This document shows, in pieces, positions 50,380-63,720 of a stretch of 64,000 nucleotides of DNA. The stretch is taken from NCBI RefSeq assembly GCF_009834535.1, contig NC_045697.1, forward strand, positions 61,010,001-61,074,000. Direction: 5' to 3'. Both the position numbers and the translations under genes were made by a program. Position 1 is the first letter of the stretch, and every line of letters starts with the position of its first letter. The stretch comes from Camelus ferus (Eukaryota). The notes below the pieces were generated by a model. It was given only the letters and a program-made list of their open reading frames with translations. It was not told the origin of the DNA and ran no database searches.

Positions 50380-50731
50380 ATACTATGACATGGATTCAGA
50401 GATCATTGACACATGGGGCTATTTCTCTTCTTTCCTGGCACATGGTGAGTTCTCTAACTCCTTGAAGTTAATCATTACCAATTGAGCCAATGAAATGTGA
50501 GAAGAGTCACTTTTAGATAAGTCTTTGAGAGGCAGAACATAATTAAATCATATACTTCCACCCCTGCCGTGGAGATGTGAGTACCTGAGTGAGCAGGAGC
50601 AGAGATGTGCTCCCCCCACCACCATAACTCACAATTAATATGTATCTCAGCAAGAAATAATGTTTTACTTTAATTCATTTATGTTTGTGGATGTTTGCCT
50701 CACCACAGCTGAGCTTAGCTCAATTTATACA
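50380..50731 (+). mobile_element. Old MLT1 (I/J-like) LTR
   Basis: 'ttctttcctggcacatgg...gccaatgaaatgtgag...agcaagaaataa'. Confidence 0.7.
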
Positions 50732-51039
50732 GAGCCCCAAACATCTACCAGAACATCCATAAGGGTATTAAACTAGATTACAAAGCTGACGAACACAACT
50801 TTGCTGAAACTTCTTCTACTGGTGTCCTTGGTAGACATGTGAATTCATTGTGACACTCAATCTAAACCCATAGATGACAGAATCTACTCAAGTCAGCGTT
50901 CAAGGCTGCGGTCATAAATGCTGGCTTACAGGTGAAATTTAGTCTTGATTTGATATTTTTCTTTAAAGTCCAATTAATTAGATATTATAAAAAGTAAAAT
51001 TTTGATTGTATTTGTTTTCAATTCTCAACACATTAAAAG

Positions 51040-51150
51040 ATATAATGTATACATATATACATTTATATATAAATATAAATGTACACAAATGTATATAACA
51101 TATACATTTATCAATAAATATAAAAATACAAATTTATATATATACACAAG
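51040..51150. repeat. AT-rich low-complexity (TA)n-derived tract
   Basis: Directly visible. Confidence 0.8.
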
Positions 51151-53126
51151 TGTTTATTTCCTTGAACTCTCCTTTCAGAAGCACAGAAAAGATTCAGTCA
51201 AGGTATTATTCTCCTTTCTGTAGTCTAAACTTTGCTAAATTAACATGTTTTTATGGTGGTCTTTTGGGATGTACATGGTTAACAATATTATTGACAGTAT
51301 TTTTTAAATGTATGGAACCACATTAAAATGTCTCCATATGATGTGTAAAATGTATGCTTTATTTTCATGAATTTAGAAATACTATAGGAATTTTGTAGAA
51401 AACTCCAATTGTTATTGTCCCAACAGAGCAAATTTTTTTACAAATTAAAATTAATAAAAATCTATCTAAGATTTGACAATGATTGTAAAAACATTATTAG
51501 CAATTTTGTTGAACTAAGACAAAAAACATTTCATAGAATAAATGTTTTTGTTAAAAATGTATCTTTAATACTCATTTAAACGTTACTGAAATATTAACAG
51601 AACCCCCTAGATCCATGCAATTATAACCATCTTCACTAATCTTTATTATTCTGTCCACTCTTAATCATATAAAATTATAAATTATACATATTTTTCAGTT
51701 TTGTTATTATGGAAGTTTACTGCATAAAGGATTGAACATACTTTATTTAGCAGTTTGGAACTTCCATCTGTACTCTTGCCCTTTTCCCCTCAAAAAAATA
51801 TATATATTTGTTGTGGTCCTTTTAGTGAAAATGAGCCAATTTTCCGTAATCAGAAAATTTTTGCTTATCTGAAACATCATACACCCCAGTAATGGCAAAT
51901 TACTGAAGTGCTTTTGAGTTCTTTCTGCATTGATGCTCCTTTTTTTTTTTTTTCCAGAGCTATCATCTATCTGAGTGAAGTATGGTACATTCGATAGAGT
52001 AATTATGAATAGTTTTTAGTCAGCTCTAGACATTAAAGCTTGAAGTAGAGAGGATCACACTGGTGCTGGGGCAGAAGTGTATGTGCATACAATCCACATG
52101 GGCAGAACAGTGACTGTGTCTAAAATGTTATTGTTTAACTTTTGAAAATGTATGTTTGTATATTTAACTTAACCATGTTGACATGGATTTTGAAACAAAT
52201 AAGAATCTATGTCAATTATGTTTTACTTTCTACCTAAAATTAATAGGGGCTATCAGAAACTACTACTACACACTTACATTGAATAAGTACTCTTTGAGAT
52301 TGAAGACATGCCTACTTTTATTCATCAAAATCTTCTCCAAGCCAGTATTTTTGCTTCCTTCTCATCTTTTTGTTGTTTATTTTTATATAAATGTACAATC
52401 AAACATAAGGGCTCAATGATAATTATTCTTAAACCAAAATCATTGGTTTTGATAGGTAGTCTACTAAAATCAGCAGGTTTCTATCAAATTACTTCATATA
52501 GTAAGTCAGTTCATTCAGCTACTTACAGGAACAGTTTGCTCATAATTAATCCTGGCAGGTGCACTAAGAAACCAAGTTGCTTAAAATCAGATAATCCATG
52601 AGAGGTATATTGATTTTTTCCCCAGTGTTGTAAAGACTATTGAAAATTTCTAAGCCCAGCATTTCACTGTCCACGTTTTTGGTGTAACACCTCTGATTAT
52701 TCAACCGAGAACCTGCTTATGAAGTAGAACAGGAGTAGAACCATTTCACAAAAAAGGAGAAAGTATAAGTCTGTATTCCTGCATGACCTAATGCTGATAC
52801 AACGCTTGGGAGAAAGCATGCTATAAATATTTATTTAAATTTATTATTTAGTAAATTGAAATTTAAATATTAATTACATAAATGAATATAACCCACTTTT
52901 ACCTAATTGTTTTAATGATCTTTAATTTCAGTAAGAGTTAGTGAAGTTCCTAAACTGGTAAGATCTTATTCTGAAAGCAAAATACGCTACATTCCACCAG
53001 TGTGTAAGAATAAAAGCAATACTAAAAACCAGTTTTTCAGAAGTCCAACCATGCCCTGCTCTCCAGTTCCTGTCCCAAATCTAGATGAGACATATGGAAT
53101 TTAGGGACAACTTAAAAAAAGAAATA

Positions 53127-53622
53127 TGAATTAGTTATATATTGCTGGGTAACAAAACTTAGCAGCTTAAAACAACACTGATATTTGTGGGTCTGAAATT
53201 TGGCAGTAGCTTAGTTGGATGGTTCAGTCTCAGACTCTAACGAGGTTGTTGTCAAGATGTTGGCCTCCACTGCAGTCATCTGAAAGCTTATTTTAGGCTA
53301 AAAGTTTCGCTTCCAAGGGTTGTTGGCAGAAGTCTCCAGTTCCTTGCCACATGGATCTCTCCACAGGGATGCTTGAGTGTAGTTATGACATGACAGCTTG
53401 TTTCCACCAGAACAAAACCTCCAAGAGAAAGACATCATAGAATAAGTCACATTGCCTTTTGTATCCCATTCTCAGAAGCCACATTTGTGGTTCATTTCTG
53501 CTATGTTTTATTGATCATACAGACCAAACCTGATACAATGTGAGTGGAGACTACTACACAATGCATTGAATACCAGAAGTATTTTGTTATTACTGAGAGT
53601 TATCTTGGAAGTGGGCTAAAAC
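53127..53622 (-). mobile_element. MaLR solo LTR, MLT1H/G-like
   Basis: 'attgctgggtaacaaaacttagcagcttaaaacaacac...cagttccttgccacatgg...tcttggaagtgggctaaaaca'. Confidence 0.8.
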
Positions 53623-54404
53623 AACATTCAGTATGTAATATCTCCTCCCATGGATTTTATAAATCTTATTCTAAGATCAAAATGAATAATTAGGACTCAT
53701 TATTAGAATGAATACTTGGACCAAATTAGTTTATCACTTACAAAACTGTCTTCACTGATTAATCTATAATTGTGACCATCATTTATGTTTGGCTTTTGAC
53801 TTTTATCTACATTTGCAAGAATTACTATAACTGTAAAGTTCATTGTCACATTTTTGAAGACATTATCCATTTTACAATTTTGCCTATGAAATATATTTCC
53901 AAGTCAGAAATGTACTGTGTAATTTTGCACTAAGAAGTTTTTTATTTCTCTGAGGACTTTCTGAAGAACACTAGGTAATTTTTCATGTTTATCTCATTTT
54001 TTCTCTTGCTGCCTAGAAGTTTAGAAACAAATGTGAACATCAGTTCCTTTGGTTAAGTTAACACACTCTTTGAATGCTTATTGTTTCTTTTTCTTTTTCT
54101 CTTTTTTTTAAATCTCAGATATTTGTTTTTATACTATTTGTTTTAATATGATTTTGAAATAGACTAAGCATATACCACATGCTCTGTATAGAATTAATTA
54201 CAGATATATTTGTTGTAGAAAACTGAGAAAGAACAGAAAAGTAGAAAGTAGAAAGAAGAAAATAATACCACTCTTTGTTCTAACTAGAGTGAAAAACTAT
54301 TACAATTGTATGGTGTAATCACTGCTTCTTTTATGATAATAATCATTTCATCGACTCATTTTTGTTGTTGTTGTTACTATTCACCTAAAATATCTTGTAA
54401 ACAC

Positions 54405-55600
54405 TCTGGTTTCAATTAGGAAAAGTAAAAAGCTTGGACCTCATCATCCTCATTCTTACGACAAGCTGGGCAAACTGAAAAACAACAACTTTTCTTGGAC
54501 CCATTAGAGAAAAGAGGTTGCAGAGGAAGCTACCATCCTGAAATCTGGAGAGACAGATACCTCCAGGGAAACACAAGGTGTGAGTAATTGCTTATCTTGA
54601 GAGGGTAGCTAAAAGTCATTCATACAAGCCAGTAGAAACATTAAACTACAAATTTTGATTAGTTGCTGGAGGACAAGTATGAGCTAAGGTGAGAGTAAAA
54701 CCCTCTGGGGGCTGTATTCACAGGGCAGGGGGCACAGTTCTGCGGATTTTCCCCTAGGAACTTCGCGAGGCTCGCACAGGGAAGACTGGGAAGAATGTGG
54801 AGAAAGCCTCCCGTGCCTCCCACCAAGAGCTCCGGCGAGAGAGAGGGATGCGTGTCACCCTGAAATCCACCAGACCAACCACTCTCTCCCTTACAGGCCA
54901 ATCACTTAATCCCCGAAGTTTACACATCACCAGAGATCACCAGTGTCGTTCTATCTCAAATGTAGAAAAAGAACTCTGCTCTGCCGATTTTCAGCACTGT
55001 CTCATCTAGAGGGAAAAAGCCCTAATATGAAGAGAGGGCTTCAGGGACACAGACTGGAGAAACGGGAGCATACCCACTGCAGCCTGGGAATAAGTTAAGG
55101 CGTAGGGAGAAAAAGGCTGAACCTTGAAGGAGGGACAGAAAACTTGTGAAGGCCACTCTCCCAAGACTAAAGATTGAGTTATAACTCATGACTAGAGAAC
55201 ACCCCCCCTTCATATCTTACCACCATATTAATAAAGTCCAGTCACAATAACAGAGGATTACAGAGAAGAGCTTTTTAGAAACTTGGAAGAGCAGTACATA
55301 GAGAAGCCTCAAGGCCAAGAAGGGAAAGATAAGTAAGTTTGGGAGAGAAATTTTAAGCCATTCATCCACCTAACTACCACAGACATCAACTATGTCTCAG
55401 CCAGATAAGCATAATTCCTCACACTAAAGTTCTACTAGCCTCATAATCCACAATGCATCTAGTTTCTAATGAAAGAAATATCCAAGGCACGCTGAAAGGC
55501 AATTCAAAAAAAAAAAAAAAAAACCAAAGAGACAAAGAATTCACTGAACCAGACTCAGATATGACACACACACTGGAGTTACCAGAGTATAAAATCGTTT
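54405..55600 (+). mobile_element. Ancient L1M 5'-end (5' UTR into ORF1 start)
   Basis: Homologous to 24478-25285(-); ends 'gaaccagactcagatatgaca...tggagttaccaga'. Confidence 0.7.
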
Positions 55601-56194
55601 TATTAAAAGATGAAAAAATTGATGATACGTCTAACTATGTATCTATTTACCTGAGAAAAATATATCTATATCTTCACTTATTCCTGTATCTATGTTCAAT
55701 ATGTAAGTGGGCAAAAAAGTCACTCTAGATAAAGAGTAAAAGTGGCCTGTTGTATCCTGGTTTAGTTTATATTCCTTCCAATATATTTTTGAAGGAAACA
55801 TGAAGAAACTACACACTTTCTGTGACTATAAAGCAAGCTCATATTAAGAAGATTGTTTGATATCTTTCAGAATTTTATCTTCAAAACAACAACTATTCTA
55901 GAGAGAATAGCTCATATTCTCAATGTAATATTTACATTGTATATAAATTATTTGGAGTTACAAAAGCATTGGTAATCATGTTTGTGTTAACTATAATATG
56001 AATATTCATGTTTTATAAAAAGAAAATAACATTTTTATAATATTAGTGTATATGCCTCTAAAATATATATATATAAAATGTATACATTTCTATGTATATA
56101 CTTATCCTGTATATACCATAACTTTATACAAAACAGGCTGGGAGATATAGGAATAACCACTGTTTTACAGTTTAAAATTTCCTCTAGCAACCTT

Positions 56195-56639
56195 TCTAAG
56201 ATATTTTTATTGAAGCATAATCAGTTTACAATGTTTTGTCAATTTCTGATGTACAGCACAATGCTTCAGTCATACATGAACATACATACATATATTCATT
56301 TTCATCTTCACCATAAGTTAGTACAAGATATCAAATATAGTTTTCTGTACTATAGAGCATGAACCTGTTGTTCATCTATTTTATATACAACTGTTAGTAT
56401 CTGCAAATCTCAAACTCCCAATTTATCCCTTCCCACCCCTTCCCCCGCTTGTAACCATAGTTTGTTTTCTATGTCTGTGAGTTTGTTTCTGTTTTGTAAA
56501 TAAGTTCATTAGACTTTTTTAAAAATTCCAGATATAAGTGATATCATATGTTATTTTTCTTTCTCTTTCTGGCTTACTTAACTTAGAAGATTAATCTTTG
56601 ACAAAGGAAACAGGAACATACAATGGAGTAAAGACAGTC
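56195..56639 (-). mobile_element. Young L1 3' end with short 5' inversion (56591-56639 on +)
   Basis: Minus-strand 3' UTR, then plus-strand ORF2 piece LIFDKGNRNIQWSKDS; TSD tcctctagcaa[c/t]ctt at 56180-56194 and 56640-56654. Confidence 0.92.
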
Positions 56640-56897
56640 TCCTCTAGCAATCTTAATTGCCATGATCAATTGGAAGTTGAATCCATGTAAATAGCCTCCA
56701 GGATACGTAAGTCGCTTTCATGAGATCCCAGGGGAACCACTACTTATATACAATCAAATATGTTTTCTACAACAGTGGAAAAACACCTCGGCAATCAACC
56801 TAAAAATAAATATGATGAATTCTCAACATTGATTTAACTTTCCTCTTTGATATTATGGGGGCAATCATACTACCAAAGCTCATACATAGAGTTTTTT

Positions 56898-57010
56898 TAT
56901 TCATTTATTTCATTAATTCATTATTCACATGTACAGTGTTCCTCAAGTTGAGCAGTGACAAGCAGTATCTTAGATGCTTTGGATACTTCAGTGAACAAGC
57001 TCCTGCCATC
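56898..57010 (-). mobile_element. L2 3' end
   Basis: 'tattcatttatttcattaattcattattca...ggatacttcagtgaacaag'. Confidence 0.6.
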
Positions 57011-58547
57011 TTCAACACAGTATAAGTGTTCCATTGGGTATGTGTGATAATTTTCCAAGAGATACTCAGGCACACACAGCTTAAAGGCATTGATTTTGGG
57101 ATATCCACTTTTGCCTCTTCTCTCATCTAAAACTAATTCTCCTGAGAAAACATCTGTGATTTTTGTCTTTTCCTATTTCTCCCCCACAAATTTCCATGTC
57201 CCACATCCTAAAAGGAAGATATATTTCTTACACATTCCTTAATATTAACAGAGTGCTTTGCCCAAGGGTATAAAACCCCCAGTATGCAAAAAAAAATAAC
57301 AATTGAAATATTGGTATCAGTAGTTAGAAAGTGAATGACTTTAATGAATAAGTAACAAACCATTTTGTAAAGCAGCAAGTTTCCAACTCTTTGCTTTCAA
57401 GAAAATTGAAGGAGAACACCACATTTTCAGCTAATAAACCATTAAAAATAATTTTTAGTGATAGAACACTGTGTAATTTTTCACATATAATTCATACGGT
57501 GACCAAAATACGTAAGAAAATTCCTTCAAATTCCAACTACTTTTTTCATGTACATAAAACTTCTCAGGACTCAAATCTATACATTTAAAACAAAATATAG
57601 TAAAATAATTAACAGTGAAATCTTTACCATTCTAGTATGATATATGAACTAAGTGAAGTAAAAATCAATCCTTTAAAATACATTCCAAAGTAATAATTTC
57701 ATTCATTATAATTGCTCTTTAAATTAACTATTAATTTAAATTAACTTTTATAACATAATAATTACTAAATTAATATATAGTAAATATGGTAGTAATATCA
57801 ACTATATACTGATAATAGTTATAATATTAACTCTGTCTCAAATAGTAAATTTTAACATGGAGAGGACTATAATAGGAAAAGATGTATTGGAGAAAATGTG
57901 TAACACAGAAACATGTAATATATTACATTATGGTAAAATTCTTTGGGTGAAATAGTATGGAAAAATAGATCAAAGAGAATATAATCTCAAATTAAAACTA
58001 AATACATAAAATATATAAAAAGATGATACATATGATTTTCTTTAAAATGTCAATATTTAGAATAAGATGGAAATTACATCCTTTGACATTATTGAAAACA
58101 TAATAAATATGTTAGATATCTATTTATAAATGTAAAGGAGGTATATACATTTATAAATTATTTTAGTGACAACATAATGAAATGTTTGAAAACCACTAAA
58201 TTAAACAATTGCCTTTAAAGTGGTTACCTACAAAGGGAAATGAGATTTTTTGGGACAATACTGAGAACTGATGTGGTTGTAGATTGCCTAGCACAGTGTA
58301 AGTAAACAGTATATTTTCTCTCTTACCTATTCTTGATATTTAAATATAAATCATTAAAATTTGAGACATTTTAGATTTCTATAATAGAGAATAATTCTAC
58401 AACAATGTGATTTATATCTATTAGGTAGTGCCTATATGATTCCATTGAATTAGATTGATATAGTTTTTAAAATTTTCTTTTCAACTGTTCTTTCAGTATT
58501 GAGAAGGAACTGTAATTAACAGAATTCAAAATTGATACTTTACATGG

Positions 58548-58987
58548 TGTGTTAGTAAGCATTCTCCAAACAGAACCAATTGGATGCATATATAGAAAGA
58601 AACAGATTTATTTTACACAATTGTTTCACGTGATTGTGAAGGCAAAATGAGTCCAAAATATGATGGAAGGCAGTGTGTTTAACAGGCTGAAGACAGGCAG
58701 TCTGCTGGTGAACCAGGAGGAGTTGATGTTGCAAATGAAGTTCAAAGGGAGTTTGCTGGCAGAATTCTCTCTAGCTCAGAAGGAAATTAGCCTTTTCTTA
58801 TGTTGTCTTTCAACTGATTGGATGAGATCCATTCACATTATAGAAGGTAATATGCTTTACTCAAAATCCACTGATTTAAATGTAAACATTATTCAAAAAC
58901 ACCCTAACAGAAGCATTCAGAGTAATAGTTGACCATATATTTGAGTGCCCTGGCCCAGGCACATTCACCATAAAATTAATCATCAAC
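58548..58987 (-). mobile_element. ERVL solo LTR, MLT2C/D-like
   Basis: 'attctccaaacagaaccaat...ttcaactgattggatgag...cataaaattaatcatc'; perfect 5-bp TSD catgg (58543-58547, 58988-58992). Confidence 0.9.
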
Positions 58988-59613
58988 CATGGCTGTATTA
59001 GATTATTCTCAGAACAATTACCTAAGGTAGATGTAATAATATTCATTGTACACATAAGGAAACTAAGCTATAAAACCTGAGAGACTTTCCCAATGTCAAA
59101 TAAGACCCAAATGTCTTTGAATGTAAAGACTTTCTCTCCACAGTGGGAGAAAAATTTGAGATTAAAATAAATCATATTCAATAATGAACATGAACAACTG
59201 AACTGTTTGTGGATTAAAAAGTGTAAAATTCAAAGAAAAAAGAACTGATTATGTAAAGAAATCCATTTTAATTTGTTGCTTGTTTATTACTTTATATTTT
59301 ATGCTAAGAGAGAATTGTGTAGACAGTTTATTCCTTCCCATGTTTGATATGCTTACATGACATCTCCAGCAAATAACTAAAATCTTAGGGATCATATGGC
59401 TTTGGTGAATGAATGCCAGGACAGATCATTCCATCCCTATACATTTCCCTCTGTCACAAAATGGCTCTTTTTAATAAGCCAAAACTTTTGTTTTCTAGTC
59501 TTAGTTCTTTTCATGATGATATAAACAGTTGAGTATTCCTTTTACCTAAAAATTAGATGGTTAATGCGTACACCTTGACTATTTTCTTTTCTAGGTTAGA
59601 AAGCCTGACTTTT

Positions 59614-59891
59614 TTAAAACACCTTTATTATGGTATGGTTCCTGTACAGTAAGCTACACATATTTCAGATGAACAATTTGATGAATTTTGATGGATGTAT
59701 ACACCCATGAAACCGCCACCACCACACTCAAGACAGTGAACATTTCCATCACTCCCCAAGAGGTGCAAATTTCGTACTGCTGACTTATCCCTTCTCACCC
59801 CCATTACCTGCTGGTAACCGTAAGTTTGTTCTCTAGTTTTGTGAGTCTTTCTGTTTTGTAGATAAATTCATCCATGTCCTTTTTTTCAGAC
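59614..59891 (-). mobile_element. Chimeric L1 insertion: young 3' UTR segment joined to ancient L1M-type 3' terminus
   Basis: See finding; TSD agc[c/g]tgactttt at 59602-59613 and 59892-59903. Confidence 0.75.
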
Positions 59892-60070
59892 AGCGTGACT
59901 TTTGACAACTGTTTCAATGATATGGTTGGAAGGCCACTTATCCTTATTCCTGCTTCACCACTCCACTCACAAAGTGTCCTAATTTCAAGTGGTTTGGTTA
60001 CAGCTGACACAAATTCTGCTGCAAAATTTACTGTCAGCAATTCTACATGTTAGAATTCTATATGATTACA

Positions 60071-60447
60071 TATATTAGTCTGCTTGCTTGTGCTGCTATA
60101 ACAAAATACCACAGACTGAGTGGCTTAAATAACGAACATTTATTTCCCGCAGTTCTGAAAGCCAGGAAGTCCCTGTTCAGATGCCAGCCAGTTCTGTTGC
60201 TGCTGAGGGCCTTCTTCCTGGCTTGCAGACTGCCACCTTCTGGCTATGTCCTCACAAGGAGAAGAAAGAGTGATCTCTCTTTTTCTTACTCTTCTTATAA
60301 AGTCACTAATAGAATCATGAAGCCATACCCTCATGACCTTATCTAACCCTAATTACCTCCCAGTGGCCCTCATCGCCAAATACCACCACATTGGAGGTTA
60401 GGGCTTTAATATATGAATTTTGAGGGGATGCAGTTTAGTCCATAACA
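60071..60447 (-). mobile_element. MaLR solo LTR, MLT1A-like
   Basis: 'tgctgctataacaaaataccacagactgagtggcttaaa...ccctaattacctccca...tttagtccataaca'. Confidence 0.9.
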
Positions 60448-60824
60448 ACCTGTAAATTTATAGTGTCTGAATACTAAACAAAAAGTAAATAGCAAAGTCA
60501 AAAAAAAAGTATGTTCTTCTAGATTATTATAAACTTTGGATAAGCCTGTTAAAGACTTTGAAAAACATACATATTATCCAATTGTGATTGCCCCAGTGTA
60601 GCTTTATCTATCCAGCTCAGATAGAAGACATTGGTTAAATATGGCTTTCTTTAATATAATCCAAACATTGTCCTATGTGTATGCAAAAGAGAAAATAAAT
60701 GTCTTATTCCAAGATAAAAATGATTAATAAACTACATACTGAGAATATGGTTTTCTAGAAGCTTATGGCTAAAATTTTGGAGATTTTTTTTTGAAATAGC
60801 AATGCAGACTGTATGGATGCCATC

Positions 60825-60844
60825 CATCATCATCATCATCATCA

Positions 60845-60875
<31 letters not shown>
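60825..60875. repeat. Compound microsatellite (CAT)8(TAT)9
   Basis: Directly visible; source of the poly-I/poly-M ORF 60732-60920. Confidence 0.95.
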
Positions 60876-62955
60876 CTTTATCATTATTGTTATCATGGTT
60901 ATATTTCTTTTTATAGTCATTTAACAAAAAAAATAAGTTCAATAAATATTGATGAATTCAGAAGATAACTAGAAATCAAGTAGTTTATATAAAAAGAAAA
61001 TACAAGTTTAAATATTCTAACTAAACCAGTAAAGGTTTATGTTTGCAGTTTTAGGAATATAAAATTTTTTCCATGTAATGTCTTATTTTAACACTCAAAA
61101 CTACTCCAGAACTTTGGCAAGAGGACGATAGTGTGCTTTTTTGAGAAATAAATTAGTTGAGATTTACCCAAAGTGTCATAAGATTTTTCAATTCCAGTTC
61201 TCAGAATTTCCATTTTAATAGGTGTTATGAAAAAGTTCTTTCTTATATTGGAAATAAATAACAGATGACTATCTTAAGATTCTTGAACTTTGATAGCTTA
61301 GGAAAATGAATGTTTTATTCAACTTTCTTGCCTATTTGAGGTCCGAGGGTCAAATTGCTACAAAAAAAAAAAAAAAAAAAAAGAGACCCATCTAGCTGAT
61401 AGCTAGTTTATACTCTCAATAAAGCAAATGAGCAAACTGGAGTGAAATGTTGCCTAGAATTCTTCAGAAAATATCCAAAATTCCTATAAAAATAGAGGGC
61501 TATTGCAACTATTGCAACAGCTATGGATTATGAAATTTAAGTTTTGAAACTATCCTAAAGATTAAGTGCCTACATGGCCTTTACTTAAATGAAACTGTAT
61601 AAAATTCTTATAATAGTATTGTACTGCCATTGACATAGATATATGTACTTCAATCAAACGCAAGTAAATAGTACTATTAAGTATAATTATCCTTAGTATC
61701 TTGTTGTAAGACATATAATGGAAAACGCTCATATTACAACATGTACTTATTGAATTAGTAAACTGCTTTTTATCCTGGGAGTGTGACTTGGATACCTTCT
61801 TGATGCTAGTGACATTTGTTCTTTTGTCCAATATTGAGAACATGTTATAAAAAAATCTCAAAACTTTTTATATACACAAAACTCCAAGAATATTTTTTTC
61901 TGTTTTAGTTAGCTTTTGTGTGGCTGTTTTTTGGTTTTTTGGTTTTTTTACAGGAAACTTAATTATACATGAAAAAAATAATAACTACAAATATCAATAA
62001 ATAAACTCTAGCCCACCAGCTCAGAGCAAAATCAAATTTAAAATATATTACTGTACAGTTCTACCTTAAGCCAGGGATTTAAAAGAGTTAAAATATGTAT
62101 AGCCCCTCAATCAAAATATTTAATTTACCAAAGCAGGATGTACAGGTTAGGGGTAAAGAAAGTGACATTTATTTTTGTGAAATTTCTCATTCAAACATAT
62201 TACAATTAGTACTACTTGAGTTGTCTATTGCATTGGTTATTTTTCAGATGAAGTTTTAATTTCTCTTAAAAAATTAAGACTCTGGACCTTTAAGGAATAA
62301 TATTTTTAAAACTAAGTATCGTTTTCAAGCACCTGCACTGAATGTTCTCTGAATTAATTCCACAAGCCAGCCACAATCATACCCTCTCTATTAGTATCAT
62401 GTATTATACTGTGTATGGCTCCTATTCTTAGGGCAATTTAGAGTTGTTATGTCCTGAATGAGTCACAGATGCTCTCTTGGTTTGAATTTAACAAAGTGTG
62501 GTTCTCTATTTCATTTCAAAAGATTTAAAATTTTTTTTCTATTTTAATAAAAGGTCACAGCATCTTATAACTTAGAGAAATAAGATGATATTGAAAGTGA
62601 AGTGAAGGGCAAAATGACATAAACTAGGGATAAAAAATCAAGCCACAGATGATATTCCAGTTCTCCAGAAAATTCCATCTAAGACAGTGATAATCAAACA
62701 TACCTATCCTAATTACAAGTGTGCAGAGTTATATCACCAATAATTTGAAATACTCTAGTACAATAGGTGAGGATGGAATACCTCATCACAAAAGGAGATA
62801 ACGAGGCCAGATTAAAAATGCCAGCATATCTTTGAATGTCATAAAATATAAGTACATTTCAATATGTTCTCTAGAAATAATGACTCATTGGTGTGCATGA
62901 CTATATTTTCTTTTCTAAAATAATGATATTCTAGTTTCATTAAAATTCACATTTA

Positions 62956-63105
62956 GGGGAGGTTATAGCTCAGTGGTAGAGTGCATGCCTAGCATGCATG
63001 AGGTCCTGGGTTCAGTCATCAGTACCTCCATTAAAAATAAATAAATAAACCTAATTACTTGCCCCCCCCAAATACAAACAAGCAAAAACAAAATTAAATG
63101 AAAAA
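62956..63105 (+). mobile_element. tRNA-Ala-derived SINE, camelid Vic-1 type
   Basis: 'ggggaggttatagctcagtggtagagtgcatgcctagcatgcatgaggtcctgggttca...cctcca', then 'aaataaacctaattac', C-run and A-rich tail; A box intact, B box degenerate. Confidence 0.88.
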
Positions 63106-63299
63106 CATCTTCATTTAATATAGTAAAACCTAGCTGAGTATGCCACACCCACATTTAATAACTTACTGTATATCATTTGATTGGGTTTATATTAAATAAA
63201 GTAAGGATGTCGAACTGTGGTTATTGCAATGATGAAGAACAAAACTTTGTTCACTGAAGTAACACAGAGAACACAAGGATTTGTAAGTGCTCAGAAGCA

Positions 63300-63720
63300 A
63301 TCTGGTGGAGAAAACAGTGAGTTTTCAAGTAAGATCAGAATAAGTAAGGACTTGATTTCTACCTGTTACTATGATTGAAAATTTATTCAACTCTCTCGGC
63401 ATCACTTTCCTCATCTCTTTATTTATTCCTTCATCCAATGTTTATCATCAATCGTCTATGTATCAGAAAATGTGCAGTTTCTTGTCTTTAAGAAGCCTGG
63501 TAAGGGAGATTGATATGAAAGCAAAATTAAAATAATATAAATGCCACTGTAGAGTTATTTACATACTCCTACCTTTATTCATTCATCCAAAACATATTTA
63601 TTGAGCACCTATTCTGTGGTACAGACATTTCTTTGTGCTGGAGATACAATGATAAAAGAAAATAAATCTGTACTTACGTAGTTTTTGGCTTAGTGAAGGA
63701 TACAGATAATAAACAAATAT
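63300..63720. mobile_element. MIR fragment followed by two L2 3' ends
   Basis: 'attcaactctctcggcatcactttcctcatct'; 'attcattcatccaaaacatatttattgagcacctattctgtg'. Confidence 0.7.

Noticed and set aside
60732..60920. Poly-Ile/poly-Met protein
   Set aside because: Translation of the (CAT)8(TAT)9 microsatellite.
62956..63030. tRNA-Ala gene
   Set aside because: Degenerate B box/T arm, followed by SINE body and A-rich tail.
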